Assembly (NCBI GenBank): GCA_963745835.1
Contig: CAVUZH010000013.1
Span: forward strand, 832,001-896,000
Reading direction: 5' to 3'
Source: an uncultured delta proteobacterium
Lineage (GTDB): Bacteria; Desulfobacterota; Binatia; UBA9968
DNA: 64,000 nucleotides
Both the position numbers and the translations under genes were made by a program. Positions within the stretch are counted from its first letter, which is position 1; each line of letters opens with the position of its first letter. Shown here one piece after another: positions 56,430-64,000 of this stretch. The notes beneath the pieces are model-generated. The model did not search any database. It was not told the DNA's origin and worked only from the letters and a program-made list of their open reading frames with translations.

Positions 56430-57236
56430 CTAACTCAGCCGCCGGTGTGCAAGACAGGGCAGCTCGCGGCGGACTCGGCTGAGATAATCGAGATCGATGT
56501 CGCCGATGACGAAACCCGGACCATCGGGAAGTACGGCAACAATCTCACCCCACGGATCAACGATCATCGAATGACCATAAGTCTCGAAGCTCTGAGGATT
56601 CTTCCCGAACTGATTCGGCGCGATGATGTAAACTTGGTTCTCGATGGCGCGCGCCCGCAGCAGCGGTTCCCAATGCGCTTTTCCTGTATAGGCAGTAAAC
56701 GCGGACGGAACGAAGATCAGATCAGCCTGACGGCGAGATAGCTGGCGATAGAGCTCGGCGAATCGAAGATCGTAACAGACGCTCAGGCCCATCTTGCAGA
56801 GCTCCGTTTCGGCGATGACTACCGTTTCGCCGGCGGCCCGGGTATCGGACTCCCGCGCGGAAACCTTGTTAGCTAGGTCTACGTCAAACAGGTGAATTTT
56901 ACGGTAGCTCGCGATTAGTTTGCCGGAAGGATCGAACAACAGGCTGGTATTGAAAGCTTTTGCGCTGCCGGGAATTTCTTCCAAGATGGATCCCGCCAGC
57001 AGATAGATACCAAGCTCTCGCGCAAGTACAGCCATTGCTGTTGAGGCAGGTCCGGGTATGGGCTCAGCGGCTGCGCGTTCGCGTCTCTTGTCGCCCCGCC
57101 AAATGAAAACTTCCGGCAGGGCGATCAGTTTGGCGCCGGCGGCGGCGGATTGGCGAATCCATCGTGCCGCTTCCGCCAGATTAGCCGCTTTGTCATCCGA
57201 GGCAAGCATTTGAATTGCAGCCGCGGTGAATTTCAT
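56430..57236 (-). CDS. Carbon-nitrogen hydrolase (Nit1-like)
   Basis: LPE, YRKIHLFDV, VCYDLRF catalytic triad, RARAIEN. Confidence 0.93.
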   Translation of the reverse strand: MKFTAAAIQMLASDDKAANLAEAARWIRQSAAAGAKLIALPEVFIWRGDKRRERAAAEPIPGPASTAMAVLARELGIYLLAGSILEEIPGSAKAFNTSLLFDPSGKLIASYRKIHLFDVDLANKVSARESDTRAAGETVVIAETELCKMGLSVCYDLRFAELYRQLSRRQADLIFVPSAFTAYTGKAHWEPLLRARAIENQVYIIAPNQFGKNPQSFETYGHSMIVDPWGEIVAVLPDGPGFVIGDIDLDYLSRVRRELPCLAHRRLS

Positions 57237-57270
57237 TGAGTTTCCTTGAACAGATTCTCTGACCCAATTG

Positions 57271-58107
57271 TCAGCGTGTAAGAAAGACAGGGCATGAACT
57301 GTTTCTCAGTACGAACTCCGTCGTGCTGCCAAGAACCATTTCGATGATGCGCCGATGACCGTAAGCACCAATGAATAGAAGATCATGATTGAAATTGACC
57401 AGATGATCGATGATCTTCTGTTCCGGATAGCCGCGCGCTTTTTCATAATGAACATCAATCGCATACGAGTTTAAGTACGATTTTGCCTGATGCAAGGTTC
57501 CTTCAGCCAGCTGATCTTCTTTGGCGATGGTTAAGACACTGAGGGGTAGATTCAATACAGTACAGAACTCCGCCGCAGATTCCATCGCCGCGCATGCGCG
57601 CTGGCTGCCGTCATACGCTAGCAGCGGGCTCTCGACAGGCTTGAATTTTTTTGTCGAAACAAACACCGGACGCGGGCATTTGCGCGTGATGCTTTCGGCG
57701 GTCGTGCCCAAAAGCCCGGTGGTAAAATCCTCATTGATCCCGCGATGACCAATCACGACCAGATCAGCAATCTTAGAGCGCTCGCAGATCTCGTTGGCGA
57801 TTAGGCCCATGTCCAAAACAGTTTGATGTTTGATGCCGCTCTTCCGGCACCGTTCAGCGAATTCTTCGAGTATCAGCTTGCCACGCTCCTCCAGGGCTTC
57901 GCGCATCTTCGTGGAGAAGTCCAGGTATGGCTCGAACCCCATGGATCCGGAAATGTCGTGAAAAAATGTTCCTTCAATCGAAATGGTATCGATGACGTGT
58001 TGACCGAAGAGCGTTCCGTCGAACTTTTCCGTCATCCACAGAGCATAATCAAAGGCTGCATTCGAGTGTTCCGAACCATCGAGGGGAAGCAGAATATTCT
58101 TAATCAC
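57271..58107 (-). CDS. Tandem-domain universal stress protein
   Basis: ILLPLDGS, LVVIGHRG...LGTT, AYDGS, GAYGH...LGSTT. Confidence 0.93.
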   Translation of the reverse strand: MIKNILLPLDGSEHSNAAFDYALWMTEKFDGTLFGQHVIDTISIEGTFFHDISGSMGFEPYLDFSTKMREALEERGKLILEEFAERCRKSGIKHQTVLDMGLIANEICERSKIADLVVIGHRGINEDFTTGLLGTTAESITRKCPRPVFVSTKKFKPVESPLLAYDGSQRACAAMESAAEFCTVLNLPLSVLTIAKEDQLAEGTLHQAKSYLNSYAIDVHYEKARGYPEQKIIDHLVNFNHDLLFIGAYGHRRIIEMVLGSTTEFVLRNSSCPVFLTR

Positions 58108-58297
58108 GTTTCCCTCCTGAAGCCGTGAGCGGCGAGCCTGATGTACATCAGCGCAATGGCTTTGGTTACGAGCGGCGTTCTCCGGATTAACCGCGGGCTA
58201 CGATAACAACCTGCGCGGTTTTTGCAAGCAGGAAATGGCTCAATCGTTTTACAAATCAGCACGTTTAGCAGATAATAATATAGCGTTTAATTCAGCC

Positions 58298-58546
58298 ATG
58301 GCACAGCTAAAACACAAGCAGCAATTGCGTCTACAGGAATTAATCGGCGCCGCCAAACAAATGAACATCGAGGTGCGCACCGAAAAATTATTGCGGGAAG
58401 TAGGATACAAGCCGCGCAGCGGCCGTTGCCGTATCAATGGCCAAGAAGTAATATTGATCGATAGAGACGCGCCGCTTAGCGAGCAAATTGATTTTCTGTC
58501 AGCGCTGCTCGCTGAAGAGGAACGTCAACCATCCTGTCGAACATGA
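58298..58546 (+). CDS. Small conserved-looking hypothetical protein
   Basis: IEVRTEKL...SGRCRINGQEVILID pattern; function unknown. Confidence 0.6.
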   Translation: MAQLKHKQQLRLQELIGAAKQMNIEVRTEKLLREVGYKPRSGRCRINGQEVILIDRDAPLSEQIDFLSALLAEEERQPSCRT

Positions 58547-58654
58547 TTCAACCCCAAGAGTATGTAAGTCATTTCAGCGCTGATCATGTCCGCTTCAATC
58601 CGGCTCTTCTACCGTTGAAGGTCAGGTAGGGCTGGCACTAAACTCGATCCGGTA

Positions 58655-59362
58655 TCAGTGCACGCGGATTTTTTTCGCCGCCTCAATGCCGAGCGAAAAC
58701 TCGCCGCCATTGACCGTTAGAGTCATCATGCCGAGGGACGGCGCGACATCGACCACGTGGACTTTCGCACCCGGTCGTAACCCATGCGTTTGTAGGTAAC
58801 TGAGCAAGCGCACGTCGCGTTCTCCACCTTCCGTAATATAATCGAGTTCAACGTCCTGTCCATCGACCACTTCGCTAAGCGGCATTGTCTTCGGTGCCGG
58901 CGTCTTGCTTGCTCCGGGGATCGGATTTCCGTGCGGGCAAGTAGTTGGATAGCTCAGCAACTTCGCCAACCGCTCCTCTACTTCCTGGGAAATCGCATGC
59001 TCCATGCGGTGCGCTTCTTGGTGTGCCTTGACCCAATCAAGACCGAGCAGGTCCGTGAGAAACCGTTCGGTTAGGAAATGCCGGCGAACAATATTCTCCG
59101 CCACTCTCGTACCCTCACGGGTCAGGTGAATTTCCTTGCGCCGGTTGATCGTGACGTAACCTTCCTTCGCCAAACGCCGCAGGGTGGCGAAGATGGTCGA
59201 CGGCGACACGCCGGTTTCGTCGGCGAGTCGGGCTGCGATCACTGGGTGCGATTCTTCTGAAAGCTGATAGATCGCTTTCAGATAGTCTTCCAGCGCGTGA
59301 GTTACCTTGTGCGTTTCCATAGGAGCGGCAAATTCTTTGTTGAAGAACGAAGGGCTTTCCAT
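58655..59362 (-). CDS. DtxR/MntR/IdeR-family metal-dependent repressor with a FeoA domain (start uncertain)
   Basis: EDYLKAIY, RRHFLTERFL, EAHRMEH, CPHGNPIP, C-terminal FeoA-like GLRPGA. Confidence 0.93.
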   Translation of the reverse strand: MESPSFFNKEFAAPMETHKVTHALEDYLKAIYQLSEESHPVIAARLADETGVSPSTIFATLRRLAKEGYVTINRRKEIHLTREGTRVAENIVRRHFLTERFLTDLLGLDWVKAHQEAHRMEHAISQEVEERLAKLLSYPTTCPHGNPIPGASKTPAPKTMPLSEVVDGQDVELDYITEGGERDVRLLSYLQTHGLRPGAKVHVVDVAPSLGMMTLTVNGGEFSLGIEAAKKIRVH

Positions 59363-59544
59363 CCTCGTCAAACAACAAGCGCATGTTATTTCAGGAATCC
59401 GGGAACTTCAAGTTTGCTGTAAAAATTATGGACGATTTTATCGCGGCCGAAGCGCGCAACGCCACGGACGATTTGCGCAAGGCGTCGGCGCTCATCTGGA
59501 ACTGTCTATCTGTTTCAGGTATTTATCCGGGACGGAGAAAACCT

Positions 59545-60600
59545 ATGGCCGTCATCGAAGTCAACCGCATCACCAAGCGCTTTAACCAAACAGTCGCGGT
59601 AAAAAGCTGCGACTTGCAGGTTGCGTCCGGTGAGATTCTCGCACTGCTGGGACCCTCTGGCTCGGGCAAAACGACATTGCTCAGAGTAATTGCTGGATTC
59701 GAGCGGCCCGACGACGGACAGATTGTAATCAGCGAGCGCACCGTGGTCGACGTTGCGGGCTCAGTCTGGGTCCCGGCCGAGGAGCGCGGCGTCGGCATGG
59801 TCTTTCAAGATTATGCCCTATTTCCTCATTTGACCGTGGCGCAAAACGTCCGCTTCGGCCTGCGCAATGGCGACAAAAGCGCTCGTCAAAGCCGGGTCGA
59901 AGAGCTCCTTCGACTGACGGAGTTGTTTTTGTGCGGCGACCGCTACCCGCACGAATTATCCGGTGGCCAACAGCAGCGCGTCGCGCTGGCGCGAGCTCTG
60001 GCGCCGCGTCCACCGGTGGTCCTGCTCGACGAACCTTTTAACGGGCTCGACCCTGAGCTACGTCCGCAGATGCGCCGCGAGGTGGCGGGTATCTTGCGCC
60101 AGTTAGGTACCGCAGCAGTGCTGGTCACCCACGACCAGGAAGAGGCGTTGGGGATGGCAGATCAAGTCGCGGTCATCCGTAATGGTGAACTGCAACAGAT
60201 CGGCACGCCCGAAGACATCTATTATTCGCCGACGACTGCCTTTGTCGCGGGCTTTGTTGGCCACGCTGATTTCATTCCGGGTGTCGTCATCGGTCCGCAC
60301 ATCCAAACCGAAATCGGCGTGTTTCCCTGCCCAGCCGGCGTTCCGACGGGACCCGTAAAGGTGATGATCCGCCACGAAGCCGTGAATGCCAAAGCAGGTG
60401 GAATATTGGCGACGGTCGAAGAGCGCGAATTCCTCGGCGGCGAAATCCTTTACCGCCTGCGCTTGCCCTCAGGAGCGACCGTCCATTTGGAACAGCGTCG
60501 GCCCGTGCATTGGCCGGTAGGGCACCAAGTGCCCGTTGAAGTGCATCTCCCTAATGTGGTCGTCTTCCCCATCTCCGCCACTGACAACACCGACGACTAG
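59545..60600 (+). CDS. Fe3+ ABC transporter ATP-binding subunit (FbpC/FutC-like)
   Basis: GPSGSGKTT, FQDYALFPH, LSGGQQQR, LLDEP, TOBE-like C-terminus. Confidence 0.92.
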   Translation: MAVIEVNRITKRFNQTVAVKSCDLQVASGEILALLGPSGSGKTTLLRVIAGFERPDDGQIVISERTVVDVAGSVWVPAEERGVGMVFQDYALFPHLTVAQNVRFGLRNGDKSARQSRVEELLRLTELFLCGDRYPHELSGGQQQRVALARALAPRPPVVLLDEPFNGLDPELRPQMRREVAGILRQLGTAAVLVTHDQEEALGMADQVAVIRNGELQQIGTPEDIYYSPTTAFVAGFVGHADFIPGVVIGPHIQTEIGVFPCPAGVPTGPVKVMIRHEAVNAKAGGILATVEEREFLGGEILYRLRLPSGATVHLEQRRPVHWPVGHQVPVEVHLPNVVVFPISATDNTDD

Positions 60601-60807
60601 GTTCATCTATGCACCCGCTAGATTTGTGCACGTAGCCCACCAGCAAACAAGCTGACGAAGGGCACCTCTTTTCAGAAATCCGAGCTTCGGTTGAGATCAG
60701 GAAATCGGCTCCCTAAGCTTGTCGGCAGCGTTTCAGCCTCGTTTTGAAAAGCGATCGGCGACGTACTTGAGCCAGCAAAAGGAAGTATAGCAAAGTTTTA
60801 GTCGGTC

Positions 60808-60868
60808 TTGACAAAGATATTTTATTTCACTATTCGAATATTTGAATTTTGTTAGTACAAAACTTCAA
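60808..60868 (+). promoter_or_regulatory. sigma70-like promoter region with an AT-rich palindromic operator
   Basis: TTGACA at 60808; TTGAA-TTTTGT-TAGT-ACAAAA-C-TTCAA at 60842-60868. Confidence 0.5.
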
Positions 60869-60932
60869 CGCAACAAGGCTGACTTATAAGAATATCCGTT
60901 TCTAGTGGCGGACAGCTTTAGGAGAAACAACG

Positions 60933-61977
60933 ATGCAGCTTTTTGGTGGAGCGTGCGCTAAAACCATTCTCGCCGGACTTTCTCGCGACGTTCTTGCTCG
61001 GTGAATCGGCGGCTCAAGAGAAAGTGCTCAATTTGTACACGGCCCGTCACTATTCGACCGATGAATCATTTTACACCGGCTACACCAAGGCCACCGGCAT
61101 CAAGATCAATCGCATCGAGGGTGGGGAGGATGCGCTCTTCGAGCGCATCAAAGCCGAGGGCGCCAACAGCCCGGCGGACGTCTTCCTGACCGTTGACGCG
61201 GCGCGCTTATGGCGCGCCGAGCAAGCCGGCATCTTCGCGCCGCTAAAATCTGCGGTGCTTGACAAGCGAATCCCCACCGCCTCGCGCGGCGCCGACGACA
61301 AGTGGTTCGGATTCTCCGCGCGCGCGCGTGTGATCGCTTACGATAAGAGCAAAATTAAACCCGCCGAGCTGGCGCGTTACGAGGATGTGGCCAATGCCAA
61401 GTGGAAAGGACAGATTTGCGTGCGACCGAGCAGCCATCCCTATAATCTCTCCTTGATATCCAGCCTGATCAATCACCTCGGCGAAGAAAAGGCCACGGAC
61501 TGGGCGCGCGGCGTGACCGCAAATCTCGCGCGGCCGCCTCGCGGAGGCGATACCGACCAACTCAAGGGAGTCGAGGTCGGGGAGTGCTCCATCGCGATTT
61601 CCAACCATTACTATTATCTCCGGCTCATGCGCTCGGAAAAACCTGAAGAGCGAGCGCTGGTCGAAAAAGTGGGCATCATTTGGCCCAACCAGGCGGACCG
61701 CGGTACCCACATCAATATCTCCGGCGGAGGTCTGTTACAGAATGCGCCGAATCGGGACGCCGCGCGTCAAGTTCCTCGAATACCTGGCGAGCGACTGCGG
61801 CGCAGACATTATTCGCCAACGGCAACAACGAGTGGCCAATCGTAAAAGGCGCCAAGTTGAACAATCCGGCGCTCGAATCGTTGGGTCAATTCAAAACCGA
61901 TTCCGTTGCCGCTGGCGAACCTCGGCAAATCCCAAGCCGCCGCTCAGCGCATCGCTGACAAAGTTGGTTGGAAATAG
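60933..61977 (+). CDS. Fe3+ ABC substrate-binding protein (FutA/FbpA-like), several frameshifts in this sequence
   Basis: LYTARHY, EGANSPAD, GGDTDQ, NHYY iron-ligand Tyr pair, GTHINISG; C-terminus NNEWP...DKVGWK spread over frames. Confidence 0.85.
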
Positions 61978-62010
61978 CGCCATACGTCGGCTCGGACTTG
62001 CAGCGGAGCT

Positions 62011-63699
62011 ATGACCGGCGCCGTCGCGGTCCTTACCGGATATCCAACGGTCTCACTGCCGCTCGGCTCGGCTGGCTCGGCTGGGCGTCGGTGATTATCG
62101 CGTGCCTTAGTACTTGCTCCCATCGCCGCGGTGGTTGTTTAACGTTTTTTTACCGAGCGAAGCCACCTGGTCTCACCTCGCTGTCCACCGTTTTACCCGA
62201 GTACATCTGGAACACAGCTGCTGCTCGATTTGCCTGGTGGCCTTAGGCGTGGTTTTTTTCGGCGTGAGCGCGGCTTGGCTCGTCAGCGCCTATCGTTTTC
62301 CCGGCCAACGCGTTCTTGAATGGGCCCTGGTCCTGCCTCTGGCGATGCCGGCTTACGTCATGGCTTACGCCTATACCGACTGGCTGCAGGCAGCTGGACC
62401 GGTCGCAGACACTGCTGCGCGAACTTACCGGTTGGAAGGTTCGCGAATATTGGTTTCCGGAGATCCGTTCCTTGCCTGGCGCTGCGGCGATGCTGTCGTT
62501 CGCGCTTTATCCCTATGTCTATTTGCTGGCGCGCACTGCGTTTCTCGAACAGTCGCGCACGACTATGGAGGCGGCCCGCCTCGCCGGGTACGGCGGCTTG
62601 GGGCAGATTCTTGGCGCGTCGCGCTGCCTCTGGCCCGCACCGGCATCGTTGCCGGTACCGCTTTGGCCCTGATGGAGGCGCTTGCCGATTTCGGCACGGT
62701 TTCCTATTTCGCCGTAAATACGTTCACTGCCGGCATCTATCGCGCTTGGCTTTCCCTTGGTGACCCGGTGGCAGCCGGCCAGCTCGCCACCTGCCTGCTG
62801 ATTTTCGTGCTGCTGATGTTTTCATTGAGCGCCGCCATCGCGGCGGCGCTCGCTACGCCGCTAAGCGCACGCCCATGCCGCCGCAGCCACTGCATGGCGC
62901 TGCCGGCCGCAATTGCTTCCATCATATGCGCCGTGCCGGTCACGTTTGGTTTTTTAGTACCGGCCGTCATTACTGATAAAGCTCGCCGCTGCCGATCCCG
63001 GAGGCCCAGTTCGGCGCGCGTCTTTACGGCCTGGTACTGAATACATTCACTTTGGCCGGGGTCGCCGCCCTCGCCGCTGTAGCTATGGCTTTGCTTCTGG
63101 CGTATGCGGCGCGAACAGTCAAACATCCGCTGGTCCATGGCGCTAATCGTTTTGCCGTGCTCGGTTATGCTCTGCCTGGAGCGGTGATCGCTGTCGGAAT
63201 TCTTTTGCCGCTTGGGTAAATTCGACAACGCCATAGCCGCCTGGATTCGAAGAGCAATTCGGCATCAAGACCGGCCTGCTGCTCACCGGTTCGATCACGG
63301 CGCTGATTTACGCTTACGTCGTGCGCTTTCTTGCCGTCGCCTTTCAGACGCGTTGAAGCTGGACTTACTCGGGTGACGCCCTCGATGGACGACGCCGCGC
63401 GCAGCCTCGGTCTCTCTCCCGCGCGTACCCTTGCGCGTGTACACGTGCCGATCATATGGGGCAGTCTTGCCACCGCGGCGCTGCTCGTCTTCGTCGACGT
63501 CATGAAAGAACTGCCCGCGACGTTCGCCATGCGCCCGTTTAACTTCGACACTCTGGCGGTCGAAGCCTACAACTTGGCCAAGGACGAACGGATCGCCGAG
63601 GCCGCAGTGCCTTCGCTGGTCATGGTCGGCATCGCCCTGCTGCCGTTAATCCTGCTGTCCCGCCAGATCGCCCGCTCGAGCCTGAACAGGTCGTCCTAG
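62011..63699 (+). CDS. Fe3+ ABC permease (FutB/FbpB-like), many frameshifts in this sequence
   Basis: LPLAMPAYV, YPYVYLLAR, MEALADFG, MKELPAT..MRPFNFDTLA motifs in different frames. Confidence 0.82.
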
Positions 63700-63899
63700 C
63701 GCCGGACTCAGCCGAGCGAGTTGACACTCGCGAGATTGCTCTTTGGTCGGCAGCTCTAACAATTCACCCGAGAACGTGGAGGCGCATCGTTCACACGGCA
63801 TCCCAACGGGCAAGCTAAGAGCGAAAAAGAGCACCAGTTGTGAAGGCGGGATGATTTGACAAACTTTTTTCAGTTGCATATACGAAGATCGTGAATTCT

Positions 63900-64000
63900 A
63901 TGGTGCCAACTATTTTTCCGCGCAGCGGCTACATAAAGGGGCTCCTCGGCGCCGCCCTTCTGCTGCTCTTGGCGCCTGGCCCTGCTTTGTGGGCAGCGGA
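63900..64000 (+). CDS. Start of an exported protein (signal peptide), runs off the window end
   Basis: MVPTIFPRSGYIKGLLGAALLLLLAPGPALWAA; TTGACA at 63856 upstream. Confidence 0.5.
   Translation, partial: MVPTIFPRSGYIKGLLGAALLLLLAPGPALWAA

Overview
Bacterial chromosome segment, mostly minus-strand housekeeping genes. Gene content suggests a deltaproteobacteria-like diderm, possibly Ca. Binatota (inference only). Positions 1-27.7 kb hold one continuous tRNA-tuf-rpmG-secE-nusG-rplKAJL-rpoBC-str-S10-spc-adk-map cluster. It lacks rpmD and the str-operon tuf; the single tuf present has a 1-nt frameshift, and a strong terminator-like hairpin lies between rpsG and fusA. Positions 27.9-44.5 kb carry rlmB, lptFG, rplM-rpsI, HU, lon-clpX-clpP-tig, rph-rdgB, an aldehyde dehydrogenase, yggST and more tRNAs (12 tRNAs in the window). 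Positions 44.6-56.2 kb are accessory. The best find there is a hidden selenoprotein: a PrdB/GrdB-like gene that the ORF track splits at an in-frame TGA (Y-U-P-F-C motif), followed by a textbook bacterial SECIS hairpin, then two orphan Bug/TctC binding proteins and no PrdA/Grd partners. The same region has a sigma54-type glnK-amtB plus porin nitrogen module with phased NtrC-like sites, a decayed glutamine amidotransferase, and a hemerythrin gene next to a membrane protein ending in a classical C2H2-like zinc finger. The window ends with a DtxR-family regulator and an Fe3+ ABC transporter whose last two genes are heavily frameshifted, most likely from sequencing errors. No CRISPR array, rRNA or mobile element was seen.
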